Below the pieces are notes generated by a model, which made no database searches, was not told the DNA's origin, and saw only the letters and a program-made list of their open reading frames with translations. A stretch of 64,000 nucleotides of DNA from a virus, in the IMG/VR virus record IMGVR_UViG_3300044712_000538, positions 11,940-75,939 of that record; one strand, written 5' to 3'. Of this stretch, positions 1 through 8,386 are shown piece after piece. Position 1 is the first letter of the stretch; each line of letters starts with the position of its first letter. Position numbers and translations under genes: made by a program.

Positions 1-1
1 C

Positions 2-640
2 GCTTACCCTTGCCACCCCAACGGTGTCCGTCATGTGGATCGACATTGAAAATTCAATGATCTTGGAGTAGTCGATGGAGCATGTATCTCGGTCGATGTA
101 GACGGTATCCTTCACCGGTCTTGTACTGTCTGGCGGTGGCAGTTCGCCTATTACCGGCTCGATAAAATACTGGCTATTGCCGAATTGGGAGGCAGGGAAG
201 GTAACCGTGGGAGAATAGGTGTATGTCCCTCCGATCCCAGTATATTTCGGAAGCTTCATCGGGAATACGGCCGGGCTGGAAAAGTAGTTCCCGAACGGGC
301 TGAGGTAGCTGATAATGTATTCCTGCCCGGCCGCCACCGGGATGGGAGAAGCGAATAGCACTTCCTTCCATCCGGTTGTTTCGTCCATGCTGGTTGCCGA
401 GGCCAGCAAATAACCGTTCCTCCACAATCCGATCGATACATCGCCCCGAAATCCCCGGTAGTACCTGGCTCCGGTAACCATTGCATTCTGTTTCGGGACA
501 AAGCGCAGCCCCAAGTTGATTGCCATGCCATCGCTGGTAAGCATCCCGCTATCCGGGGTCATGAGACCCTGAGCGGTCAATCGGTAGGCCAACAGGGACA
601 TGGCCACAAAAAACAAAAGGGCGATGATGATCTTTTTCAT
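2..640 (-). CDS. Secreted DUF4082-like beta-sandwich protein (3' end runs off the window; absent from ORF track)
   Basis: Manual translation from ATG 640: MKKIIIALLFFVAMSLLAYRLTAQ (signal peptide), then LGLRF..VTGARYY..LW..LLASA..GWKEVLF.SPIPVAAGQEYIISY..P.GNY...TFP..F.NSQYFIEPV, matching the DUF4082 pattern; open to position 2. Confidence 0.7.
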   Translation of the reverse strand, partial: MKKIIIALLFFVAMSLLAYRLTAQGLMTPDSGMLTSDGMAINLGLRFVPKQNAMVTGARYYRGFRGDVSIGLWRNGYLLASATSMDETTGWKEVLFASPIPVAAGQEYIISYLSPFGNYFSSPAVFPMKLPKYTGIGGTYTYSPTVTFPASQFGNSQYFIEPVIGELPPPDSTRPVKDTVYIDRDTCSIDYSKIIEFSMSIHMTDTVGVARVS

Positions 641-641
641 T

Positions 642-1034
642 CTATTTGGATTTTCTTGTTCGGCTTACTTCCGGAACCCTCCAAAGGGCCAGTTTTTCGG
701 AATCGACATGCGGATTAAAAAGGACATTGCCATCCAGCTTGAATCCTTCCATCATTTCATGCTCTATGGCAGCCCTGTAAGCGGCATATGCCGTTTTAAT
801 GATCTCGTCCGTGGTCATGTATTCGCTGAGATACCACTTTCGGCCGTGCCATGTTTCAGTCGTGCCAGTTTTGGTGCATCTGGCTGAATACTTGACCTGA
901 ATATACAACCTTCCTCCCTTTTCCGGGTGGATGTAAATCTGGTCCTCAATAACGTGCAGGGAGAATTGCTTTTCGAGGCATTCTGCTTTGATCCGGGAGA
1001 GGATGCGGGTAACCTTGGGCATCATTTTGTTCAT
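642..1034 (-). CDS. Conserved phage hypothetical protein
   Basis: ORF in operon context; motif WHGRKWYLSEYMTTDEIIKTA...EHEMMEGF...FNPH resembles a widespread phage family. Confidence 0.7.
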   Translation of the reverse strand: MNKMMPKVTRILSRIKAECLEKQFSLHVIEDQIYIHPEKGGRLYIQVKYSARCTKTGTTETWHGRKWYLSEYMTTDEIIKTAYAAYRAAIEHEMMEGFKLDGNVLFNPHVDSEKLALWRVPEVSRTRKSK

Positions 1035-1045
1035 GGTTGTGTGGT

Positions 1046-1501
1046 TTAGTTCATATTGAAATTGTAGGTGCCTATGCTGGTCTTGGTCTGGCGCATGGAA
1101 TAGTATCCCATGTCATAGGCCAAGGCTCCGCTGGCGAATAGCTTGTAGTCGCCGGAAACGAGGTCGATCTTGTCAATTACCATGGGGACATACCCTGCAG
1201 CCTCAAATGTCTTCGTTACGTCTTTTAGGGCGGTCACCGGGATGACGCAATGAGGGTTCTTGTTAACCTGAAATCCGATCTCCCCCCTGGAATTGATCAT
1301 TGCCTGTTTGGCATCCTCCCCGAAGCAATATATAAAAGTGGTGCCGGGATAGACAACAAACATGATGATCTTGCGGTCCTGCAGGATTGGATAAATCTTC
1401 TTTACCTCTGTGCTGGCATGCTTGTAGACTTGGTAAAGCTTGTCGATGATGGACCAGTCGCGGTTGCTCAGGTGGTCCATAATTGGTCCGAAATTGTTCA
1501 T
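1046..1501 (-). CDS. Hypothetical protein
   Basis: 151-aa ORF, A/C-rich leader, tight packing with neighbours. Confidence 0.7.
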   Translation of the reverse strand: MNNFGPIMDHLSNRDWSIIDKLYQVYKHASTEVKKIYPILQDRKIIMFVVYPGTTFIYCFGEDAKQAMINSRGEIGFQVNKNPHCVIPVTALKDVTKTFEAAGYVPMVIDKIDLVSGDYKLFASGALAYDMGYYSMRQTKTSIGTYNFNMN

Positions 1502-1525
1502 GTTATTGGGTTTGGTTTTGTGGAA

Positions 1526-1557
1526 TAAAAAGGGCCCCGCTATGGAAATAGAGGGCC
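1526..1557 (-). terminator. Intrinsic terminator-like hairpin
   Basis: Minus strand GGCCCTCTAT-TTCC-ATAGCGGGGCC followed by CTTTTT. Confidence 0.6.
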
Positions 1558-1587
1558 GTCAACCATTTCTAACTTGTGAGTCCGAAA

Positions 1588-1617
1588 TAAAGGTACGAGA
1601 GTGCTTTGAAATTTCAA
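1588..1617 (-). promoter_or_regulatory. Bacteroidota sigma-A-type promoter overlapped by a 16-bp palindrome
   Basis: Minus strand TTG-N19-TACCTTTA; perfect palindrome CTTTGAAATTTCAAAG at 1604-1619 covers the -33 element. Confidence 0.5.
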
Positions 1618-1634
1618 AGGGCTGGATTGTATTT

Positions 1635-1892
1635 TTAGGCAAGAAGATCTGTTTCTGGATTTTCTAGCCTTACAATTTCCCCTTTTACTTCGTAATGGAC
1701 GCAGCCTTCCGGGATGTAGCTTTCCCCGTCTGGATTACAATGAGGTACTTTTTTGATCGTTTGGATGAGCGCTTCGACTTCCTTTGCAATTTCATCCATC
1801 TGGTCCTGATCCAGTATCCCATCGTCCGGGATCTTGTCAATGGAAATGTCAAAGGTGATCCCTACCCTTGCCCATACTTTAATCTTTGCCAT
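1635..1892 (-). CDS. Hypothetical protein
   Basis: 85-aa ORF in the minus-strand operon. Confidence 0.6.
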   Translation of the reverse strand: MAKIKVWARVGITFDISIDKIPDDGILDQDQMDEIAKEVEALIQTIKKVPHCNPDGESYIPEGCVHYEVKGEIVRLENPETDLLA

Positions 1893-2070
1893 GTGTGTCG
1901 ATTTTTCGGTTTTTAAGTTTACGTTCTGTGACTTGCTTCTTGTGGCATTCTATGCATAGGTGGAAGCGGCGCATCTTGAGTTTGCCGAAACGGGTATCTT
2001 TCTCCCAATAGAATCCGTATTTAGCATCCTTGTGCTGTCCGCAATATTTACAGTAATGAAGGTTTTCCAT
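1879..2070 (-). CDS. Small zinc-finger-like protein
   Basis: CKYC...CIEC pairs; ATG at 2070 preferred over TTG 2076. Confidence 0.55.
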   Translation of the reverse strand: MENLHYCKYCGQHKDAKYGFYWEKDTRFGKLKMRRFHLCIECHKKQVTERKLKNRKIDTHGKD

Positions 2071-2079
2071 GCTCAATGG

Positions 2080-2841
2080 TTAAAATAGTGGCAGTTGAAC
2101 TGTTTGTTTATGGCTCTGGTAGTCCTTGTTGGCCTCATAGAAGGCTCTGGAGAATCCCTTGGGGGTATTGGACCGGATTTCCTTGGTGCGGTCGGATTTG
2201 CCCCCTAATCGCATATGTGGGCTGCCCCACTCGTTCCCCTTCACCGGCTCAATGGGCATTTTCTTCATGTTCCGGTTAAAGTTGCCCCACAATCCGGTTT
2301 TCTTGGTGTATGCTTCCATCTGCAGGATAAAATCGCTTTCCTCCGGGGTTACTCCCTTCCCGTTCTTGGTCCGGATCTCGGAAAGCTTTTTCAGGTCTTC
2401 GCTGGATGGGGAGTTCCATCCGGCAAATTCCGATGGGTGGAAGTAGTAGGGGTTGTCCAGTCCTGTGAGGCTGCCGATCCTTCCAACCGGGTTTTCAATG
2501 GCCCAAAAGAATGTACCCTCATACTCCGGGTCGGTCGGCTCAAACACGTCCACAATTTTCATTACCTGGCTTACCAGTAGGATGGAAGCTGCGGTCTGTC
2601 CTGTCTGGTCCTTGATGTTAAACCAGCGGGCGCCGGAACTGGCAAAATCCGTGCATGGGACTGCAGCAATAATGCCGTCTACGTTCTCGAAGTTTTCAAG
2701 GCAATATTCCACGGAATCAATATTGTGGATGTCCATGAGTTCATCCAGTTTTATGTCCCATTTGATCACGTTCCAACCCGCTTGGAAAAACGGGTCGGAC
2801 CATGTTCCTGAGTAGTCAAAAAGGCTGAGTAATGTTTTCAT
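2080..2841 (-). CDS. Compact DNA (cytosine-5) methyltransferase-like protein
   Basis: Motif I LSLFDYSG, catalytic PC (AAVPCTDF), ENP (AIENPVG), TKKTGLWG, RSNTPKGF; C-terminal QLPLF clamp-binding-like motif. Confidence 0.8.
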   Translation of the reverse strand: MKTLLSLFDYSGTWSDPFFQAGWNVIKWDIKLDELMDIHNIDSVEYCLENFENVDGIIAAVPCTDFASSGARWFNIKDQTGQTAASILLVSQVMKIVDVFEPTDPEYEGTFFWAIENPVGRIGSLTGLDNPYYFHPSEFAGWNSPSSEDLKKLSEIRTKNGKGVTPEESDFILQMEAYTKKTGLWGNFNRNMKKMPIEPVKGNEWGSPHMRLGGKSDRTKEIRSNTPKGFSRAFYEANKDYQSHKQTVQLPLF

Positions 2842-3032
2842 TCCGGATAGATTTTAACGGCGCTGGCGGGGGCCCCTGTGTATTTGCAAATGAGGTCCTT
2901 GGCTTCCTGTTCGGTCCGGGCGCGCATGGAATACCGGTCGTATCCCCTGCCTCCGCATTTTACTGTTGCCCGCCACTTTGGATCGGTAGCTGGAGCGCCG
3001 GTGTGAACGAATTTGAACGTGTCCTTTTTCAT
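2838..3032 (-). CDS. Hypothetical protein
   Basis: 64-aa ORF with 4-nt overlap into the MTase start. Confidence 0.55.
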   Translation of the reverse strand: MKKDTFKFVHTGAPATDPKWRATVKCGGRGYDRYSMRARTEQEAKDLICKYTGAPASAVKIYPE

Positions 3033-3034
3033 AA

Positions 3035-3292
3035 TTACCAGTTGAAAGATTTCAGGGTTTTAAGGACAATTTTTTCTGAATTTGTAAGCGGAAGGTTTTT
3101 GGGGCTTTCCATTTGCTTTGAAAACTTTCCATCCTCCAGCACTTCGTCGGGGCTAAATGGCTGCGGGCTTACTATGTCTGATTCATCAAGGTCCCGGTTG
3201 TCGTAATCGACAATTACAAACCGAACATCGTCGGTATTTGCGGAGATAGATTGGATCAGTCCTCCTTCAATCGTGATCAATACTTTGGTCAT
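3035..3292 (-). CDS. Hypothetical phage protein
   Basis: KVLITIEGGLIQSI...VIVDYD pattern common in small early phage proteins; first gene after the promoter at 3317-3345. Confidence 0.65.
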   Translation of the reverse strand: MTKVLITIEGGLIQSISANTDDVRFVIVDYDNRDLDESDIVSPQPFSPDEVLEDGKFSKQMESPKNLPLTNSEKIVLKTLKSFNW

Positions 3293-3316
3293 GGCCTGTG
3301 GTTTTAAATTTCAATC

Positions 3317-3384
3317 AAGATACTGTACGGTCCCTGTACTTCCAAGGGAATTGTGATGGGCGGCAATATGCCGGGATGAGCGGT
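3317..3384 (-). promoter_or_regulatory. Early promoter copy 1 with two phased GATGRGCGG boxes
   Basis: Minus TTGGAA-N17-TATCTT; plus-strand boxes at 3355 and 3375 (20-bp spacing); aligns without gaps to 5837-5904. Confidence 0.7.
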
Positions 3385-3662
3385 TAGGGGCGATATGGGC
3401 CCCCTACCTTAACGGTCTGCCCGGTAGCGGATACCACGGCATACCCATCAATTTTAAGGCGCTCATAGTCCTGGCGGATCATGTCATGGACCTGTTGATA
3501 CTCGGGCTGGTGGTCGTATATCTTCATGACGAGCGGGTTAAACGTAATCCTGCCTATTTCTGCATAGCTTCCACGGTGTTCTTTCCGGCGATCCGTGTAA
3601 ACGTATGCATTCGGATAGGTGCCGCAAAATAGGTCCGTAGCGGGGTTAAATGGCGGTGTCAT
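3384..3662 (-). CDS. Hypothetical protein
   Basis: 92-aa ORF coupled to the upstream gene (ATGA overlap). Confidence 0.65.
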   Translation of the reverse strand: MTPPFNPATDLFCGTYPNAYVYTDRRKEHRGSYAEIGRITFNPLVMKIYDHQPEYQQVHDMIRQDYERLKIDGYAVVSATGQTVKVGGPYRP

Positions 3663-3982
3663 GCTTCCTGAAAATTTAAAAGTTGAGTAAGTACAAAGCT
3701 TTCCAGTATGTCGAAAAATCCTCCTTCCTCAACGTCCGGATCGTCACGGAGTCTGCGGGTAAATTCCATAGTACACTCCATGGCGAAAATCCACATTCCT
3801 CCCTGTCCATGCTCGGCCATTACATCCAGCAGTTTGCATTCCAACGGATCGAGTTCTTCGCCTATCTTCTTAGCGGCAATATCACCATGTATGTCTTCTA
3901 TGATGGCAACAACGTGGTAGTGGGTTTCCAGAAAATCCTCCAGTCCGTGCTTGCTGATAAGGGCTATTTGTTCCTGTGTCAT
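3659..3982 (-). CDS. Hypothetical protein
   Basis: 107-aa acidic ORF in operon. Confidence 0.65.
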   Translation of the reverse strand: MTQEQIALISKHGLEDFLETHYHVVAIIEDIHGDIAAKKIGEELDPLECKLLDVMAEHGQGGMWIFAMECTMEFTRRLRDDPDVEEGGFFDILESFVLTQLLNFQEA

Positions 3983-3986
3983 GGCG

Positions 3987-4208
3987 TCATTGTTTGGTGG
4001 CTTCTAATTTTTGAACGAGGTGAATCCAAAGGTCGTCGGCTGACATTGCCGGGAGTTTATTCTCACGCAGCCATGCGTTATACAGTTCGGAAAGTACATT
4101 GTGGTGGCTCTCGTCCGTATCGTTCCACAATTCGGTAAACTGCTCCAGAATGATTAGCTGGCGGTCCGTGGTCTTATGCTTGGCTCCTTTTTCGTAATCG
4201 TATGGCAT
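3987..4208 (-). CDS. Hypothetical protein
   Basis: Start reassigned to ATG 4208 (MPYDYEK), downstream of the intergenic hairpin. Confidence 0.6.
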   Translation of the reverse strand: MPYDYEKGAKHKTTDRQLIILEQFTELWNDTDESHHNVLSELYNAWLRENKLPAMSADDLWIHLVQKLEATKQ

Positions 4209-4221
4209 GGTAGGTATTTTT

Positions 4222-4245
4222 AAAGGGCAGGGTTTCCCCTGCCCC
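4222..4245 (-). terminator. GNRA-loop hairpin (terminator or stabiliser)
   Basis: Minus GGGGCAGGG-GAAA-CCCTGCCCT-TT. Confidence 0.5.
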
Positions 4246-4255
4246 TGTTGGTTAA

Positions 4256-5494
4256 TCAAAGGTGGGATGAGGCCCAATTATCTGCGGCTTGGTCAAGGGA
4301 TGCATCCAGCATGTCCCCGCCATGGTCATGCTCAGGTTGCTGGTCTGCATCGGCTCCTGTCCAGCCGAGGGTGCGCAGGTAGTTCCGGGTGGCTGGCGTG
4401 TCCTTCTTGTACCACAATTTCCCGAAGCGGCTCCACCGAAAACCGTTCCTTTTCAAGCTATCCAGTACGTCCGGGTCCGGCTTCCGGGCGAACTTTACTT
4501 CAATCCCTCCTTTTGCCGGGTTGGAAGTTACCAGTAGTTCACCGGCCGGGTGTTCTTGTGGTGCGGGGATTGGTACTACCGGCTCCTGATTGGCGAAATT
4601 TTCTCCCATGGCTCCGGCTCTGGCTCCTTCCTTTAAGTCCACCTTCCTGATCCTCCATCCGGTGCCATGGTATCTTTCCGTGGATGAGATCCCGAAAGAG
4701 ATTTCCCGGTTGCGGATTTCAAACCAGTGCGGGGTGTCGGCTATTTCCTCCATGTTCCGGGCTGCCTGTTTCAGTTCGTTCATGTCGTTCCGTGTGTACG
4801 GGGACCATGCGAGGAGGGCTCGGCGTTCCGTGCGGGTGGCGAAGTAGTCGCTATACAGGTCGCAAGCATCGACTTCGTAGGTGGCCACAATGGCGGCCGC
4901 TGCCCATGACGGGCGGGAGTCCAGGATTTCATTCTGCCGGGTTTCCTGTGCCAGTCGTTCCGAAGCTTCCACGATCTGCCGCTCCTGCCGTTCCCGTTGT
5001 TGGGCATCGGCCAGTGCGTTGGCTTTCTGGATGATCTCCTCCATCTCTTCCGGTGTTGCCTGAGTGTGGCTCTCATAGCTGGCCTTCACATCAATGGCCA
5101 ATCGCTGGTACTTCTCACCGGCTCCGTCGATCTGGATGCAGGGAAAGCCGCCAAAACTGTTCCGCTGGCTGGATTCTACTACATAGAGGTCCCCGTTTTT
5201 CTCGAACACATGGCCGACCGGGGGGATAAACCGTACCGGGAGTTCGCCGGCCTCCAGTTTGGCGTTGAAATTGCGGATGCCTTGGTTCAAAGCTTTCTGG
5301 AGTGCGGCCTCCGTTGCCCGGCTGCAGGGAGTCCGGAGAAGCAGGATGTTCGGGTCGGAAAAGATGGCGATGGACCACATACCGTCATGGCTGGTGCCAC
5401 CGGCTGCGGTTACGTCGATGGTCTGCGTTCTACTGTTTTTGCTGGCATAGATTTCCCAGTCATACCCGTTTACTGATACTTTGTGCTTTAACAT
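4256..5494 (-). CDS. Polyvalent-protein-associated (LPD-like) early protein
   Basis: Start at ATG 5494 (MLKHKV); DLYSDYF motif and C-terminal GIEVKFARKPDPDVLDSLKRNGFRWS...WY, as in LPD/DUF3560-type domains of plasmid and phage leading regions. Confidence 0.6.
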   Translation of the reverse strand: MLKHKVSVNGYDWEIYASKNSRTQTIDVTAAGGTSHDGMWSIAIFSDPNILLLRTPCSRATEAALQKALNQGIRNFNAKLEAGELPVRFIPPVGHVFEKNGDLYVVESSQRNSFGGFPCIQIDGAGEKYQRLAIDVKASYESHTQATPEEMEEIIQKANALADAQQRERQERQIVEASERLAQETRQNEILDSRPSWAAAAIVATYEVDACDLYSDYFATRTERRALLAWSPYTRNDMNELKQAARNMEEIADTPHWFEIRNREISFGISSTERYHGTGWRIRKVDLKEGARAGAMGENFANQEPVVPIPAPQEHPAGELLVTSNPAKGGIEVKFARKPDPDVLDSLKRNGFRWSRFGKLWYKKDTPATRNYLRTLGWTGADADQQPEHDHGGDMLDASLDQAADNWASSHL

Positions 5495-5522
5495 GGTCTT
5501 ATGGTTTTGTGTGTGAAAAATG

Positions 5523-5552
5523 AAAAAGAAAAGGACCGGCCGGGACCGGTCC
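5523..5552 (-). terminator. Intrinsic terminator-like hairpin
   Basis: GGACCGG/CCGGTCC stem followed by a T-rich run on the minus strand. Confidence 0.5.
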
Positions 5553-5562
5553 ATGGGCTAGG

Positions 5563-5811
5563 CTACCAGCTAATTTCCTCAATATACTCCGGGGTTACTT
5601 CGGACAAAATCTCGTTAATCTGGCGCTTCATTTCCTTCTCGTCGTTATTGCTGACGATGGCCTCCTCAATCTCTTCGCTGAGGTTGGCCATTTCGGACGT
5701 GTCCGGGAGGTCACTGAGGGATACTCCCATAATCCGCTGAACGTGACGATTGAGGAGGGTCCGGGCGGTTCCGTATGCTCCGTGTTTGGCTGCGTGTTCT
5801 TTGATGGTCAT
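5563..5811 (-). CDS. Hypothetical protein
   Basis: 82-aa ORF (GVSLSDLPD motif), first gene after promoter copy 2. Confidence 0.65.
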   Translation of the reverse strand: MTIKEHAAKHGAYGTARTLLNRHVQRIMGVSLSDLPDTSEMANLSEEIEEAIVSNNDEKEMKRQINEILSEVTPEYIEEISW

Positions 5812-5836
5812 GGTACTGTGGTTTTAAATTTGATGT

Positions 5837-5904
5837 AATATAGGGCACGGATTAAGGCAATACAAGGGAATTGGGATGAACGGTCTGGTAAAATGATGAG
5901 CGGT
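5837..5904 (-). promoter_or_regulatory. Early promoter copy 2 with two phased GATGARCGGT boxes
   Basis: Minus TTGTAT-N17-TATATT; boxes at 5875 and 5895. Confidence 0.7.
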
Positions 5905-6107
5905 TAATGAAGATCAAATACTTGTCTTTTGGTTACCTTTTTGCACATTTCAATCTCCCTGCAGTCCACGATGTCCGGTTCTGGCGGGTGCGGTCCTTCC
6001 ACGATTTCAATGGCTAGTTTCTCGGCCGCCTGTTGGTCCTTGGCGGCTACATTGAACGTGTAAATCTTGGTATCTCTTACGGTGACTTCAAAAAATTGCT
6101 TGGCCAT
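5904..6107 (-). CDS. Small hypothetical protein (DpnD/PcfM-like pattern)
   Basis: FEVTVRDT..YTFNVAAKDQQAAEKLA. Confidence 0.55.
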   Translation of the reverse strand: MAKQFFEVTVRDTKIYTFNVAAKDQQAAEKLAIEIVEGPHPPEPDIVDCREIEMCKKVTKRQVFDLH

Positions 6108-6111
6108 GGTC

Positions 6112-6678
6112 TTAGTGGTTTAACTGTTTCAAATAATGGTGTTGGTCCATGTCGTCCATCATGTCTATGATCTTCTTTAGTTCTGCCGGGCTAATCGGAT
6201 TTGATTTTGGCTTTTCCGTTTCCTCCTCCGGCTGGCTCTCTGGAAATATGTCGTTTCTGTGAATGAACGCTTTAAAGAAAAGTTTTTCCCGCTCCTTTTG
6301 CTCCTTCTTGAATCGTTCCATTTCCTTCTTGTATGCCTGAGCATAGAAATGAAACTTGGCTTCAATCTCAACGTGCTGGCTCGGGGTTACTTCAATCTCT
6401 ATGCTCCGGAACTTTCCCCGCTCGTTCTTCCGGGAATAGTAGGTTTTGATCCTTACCACGGTCCGCACAACTTGGAAGAATAGCGGCACCATGTCCGTGG
6501 GGACCTTGTACCATTTCCCGGTAGCGTGTTCATCGTCTATGTCTTCCATGGATATTCCGTGCTTTTCCATGGCGGCGTATAGCATCCTTTTTGCGTTCTC
6601 TTTCTCTCCTCCTTCTCCCTTATCGGCCAAAGCTTTTAGTTTCCTGAGGAGGTCCAAAATGCGGTTGTTGTCGGTCAT
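6112..6678 (-). CDS. DUF2786-domain protein
   Basis: Start at ATG 6678; RILDLLRKLKALA...GEKENAKRML...MEKHGIS is the DUF2786 signature. Confidence 0.75.
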   Translation of the reverse strand: MTDNNRILDLLRKLKALADKGEGGEKENAKRMLYAAMEKHGISMEDIDDEHATGKWYKVPTDMVPLFFQVVRTVVRIKTYYSRKNERGKFRSIEIEVTPSQHVEIEAKFHFYAQAYKKEMERFKKEQKEREKLFFKAFIHRNDIFPESQPEEETEKPKSNPISPAELKKIIDMMDDMDQHHYLKQLNH

Positions 6679-6905
6679 GGCTGACTGATTTTGCTCGTTT
6701 GTAAAATGATGGCTTTGCCGGTGGCGGTAGTCCTGACTGATTTCGGTCCGCACATCGCAGCCCCCAAAATGAGGGATACGATGATCCAAAAAATGCCGGG
6801 GTGGCTGGCTGACTGTCTGAGCGGGTGCTGGTTGTACTCTTGGCGGGTCATGGTCCGGTAGTTGATGGGTCGGGCGTGTGCTGGTTTGCGGTCTTTGTTC
6901 TGCAT
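6675..6905 (-). CDS. Small membrane protein
   Basis: Hydrophobic GIFWIIVSLILGAAMC segment; coupled to the next gene. Confidence 0.5.
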   Translation of the reverse strand: MQNKDRKPAHARPINYRTMTRQEYNQHPLRQSASHPGIFWIIVSLILGAAMCGPKSVRTTATGKAIILQTSKISQP

Positions 6906-6915
6906 GGTTATGGTT

Positions 6916-7200
6916 TTAAAGATTTTCGGCTATCCATATCTCCCGGTAGCTGGAGGACCGGGGCAGGGCGGTGGTGTGTTTGGCATCATTCAGGTCATGG
7001 GCAAAGGTTGCACGAATGGCGTGTTGGGCGTTGAATCCTTGGGACTCCCTTTCCATTCGGATGGCGAACAGGTAAAAACCGGCCAGTCCTTCAAGGGATT
7101 CAGGTCCCTTGTGGTCCTCCATGGTCATTAGTTTGTATATCCATGTGGCTCTGTCAATGGTAAATGGGTTGCGGTCTGCTAAAAATTGGAATGCGTCCAT
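6916..7200 (-). CDS. Hypothetical protein
   Basis: 94-aa ORF in operon. Confidence 0.6.
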   Translation of the reverse strand: MDAFQFLADRNPFTIDRATWIYKLMTMEDHKGPESLEGLAGFYLFAIRMERESQGFNAQHAIRATFAHDLNDAKHTTALPRSSSYREIWIAENL

Positions 7201-7211
7201 GGTTGTGATTT

Positions 7212-7466
7212 TTAAAGTTCGGAAAATTTGCTTTCTGCGTCGACCAGTTCTTGAGCAAGTACGTCTTTCAGTTCCCGGAAAAATCCCTCACAAAGGTCTT
7301 CCCATATCTGGTCTCCGGTGGCGTTCTTTACGATCCCGGAAATGCCGGGAGGAAGGTTTAAATGGTTGGCGGGTTTCCTTATCTCGCTGAGGGCATGAAG
7401 TGCCTCTTTTATCTTTCCCGCCTTGTAGATAAAAAAGCTTGCTGCGTTGTACTGTTCGTTGGTCAT
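7212..7466 (-). CDS. Hypothetical protein
   Basis: 84-aa ORF in operon. Confidence 0.6.
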   Translation of the reverse strand: MTNEQYNAASFFIYKAGKIKEALHALSEIRKPANHLNLPPGISGIVKNATGDQIWEDLCEGFFRELKDVLAQELVDAESKFSEL

Positions 7467-7486
7467 GGTAGTGTGTTATGTGGTGG

Positions 7487-7510
7487 AAAATAGCGGGGAT
7501 TGCTCCCCGC
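7487..7510 (-). terminator. GNRA-loop hairpin downstream of radC
   Basis: Minus GCGGGGA-GCAA-TCCCCGC-TATTTT. Confidence 0.55.
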
Positions 7511-7517
7511 CTGTTAA

Positions 7518-8123
7518 TTAGATTAATCCTTCGTCGGCAAAGGAATAGTATCCGGTTCCTTGGCCTCCTACGATGATGTGATCCAGCAGCCGGATGTCGA
7601 AGTAGCGGGCGGCCTCCCGTATCTTAATGGTCAGTTCTTCATCTGCCCGGCTCGGTTTCAGGCTCCCGGACGGGTGGTTGTGGCAAAGGATCATGGAAAC
7701 AGCGTTATGGGATAATGCCCGGCGCAGGATCGTGCGGGGATCGGCCACGGTCCCGGTTATTCCTCCTTGGCTGGTCTTCTCAATGGCCATGACTACATTG
7801 GCCCTATTGAGGTATGCAACGTGAAATTCTTCCACCTGCAAATCATTCAACCGGGCCTGAAAATGGCGGGCCATGGATGCAGCCCCCGTAATCGGGTCCA
7901 CCGGTGCGGTGTCCTGCATATCTGCCCGGCGGCTAAATTCGATTATGGCGGCTGCACGGTGGGCAATTTTGGCGGGTATGCCATTGAGGGTCATTCCATC
8001 ATATCCTGCCCGGCGAATGGCAGAAACGGTCGGGAAAACAGCAAAGAGGGCATTTGCATCCTTCTCGCCTAAAATAGCGGCAATTACTTGCCGGTCGGTC
8101 CTAAGGTCTGTGCTGGTGAACAT
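7518..8123 (-). CDS. radC: RadC family JAB-domain protein
   Basis: EEFHVAYLNRAN, GGITGTVADPR, HNHPSG..PSRAD, LLDHII, YYSFADEGLI. Confidence 0.92.
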   Translation of the reverse strand: MFTSTDLRTDRQVIAAILGEKDANALFAVFPTVSAIRRAGYDGMTLNGIPAKIAHRAAAIIEFSRRADMQDTAPVDPITGAASMARHFQARLNDLQVEEFHVAYLNRANVVMAIEKTSQGGITGTVADPRTILRRALSHNAVSMILCHNHPSGSLKPSRADEELTIKIREAARYFDIRLLDHIIVGGQGTGYYSFADEGLI

Positions 8124-8126
8124 GGT

Positions 8127-8318
8127 CTATTTGGTTTTGATGAGTTCGCAATAAAATGAGAGGTCCTCCGGGTCAATGCGGCCAAACCGGACGCTGGAAT
8201 AAAAGCCTTGGCGGTAATATTGCTCTTTCCATTGCTCGAAGTAGCGGATCGCTGCCCGCTTGGTCTTGAAGTCTTCCATCCGGATCGTGAATCCATCAGG
8301 CGAAAGAATGTTAAACAT
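8127..8318 (-). CDS. Hypothetical phage protein
   Basis: Start at ATG 8318 (MFNILSPDGFTI...QGFYSS). Confidence 0.6.
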   Translation of the reverse strand: MFNILSPDGFTIRMEDFKTKRAAIRYFEQWKEQYYRQGFYSSVRFGRIDPEDLSFYCELIKTK

Positions 8319-8386
8319 GGTCATTGGGTTTGTGGTGAAAATTGCCCGGAATTTCACCGGGCTGGTCTGGCCGTCCGTCCTCCCGG

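Noticed and set aside
174-531. ORF-track entries 174-425 and 256-531
   Set aside because: Alternative frames inside the real 640-to-edge gene
4222-4245. GGGCAGGG as a KOPS motif pointing at dif
   Set aside because: It is one arm of an inverted-repeat hairpin present in both orientations; no polarised KOPS series established by eye
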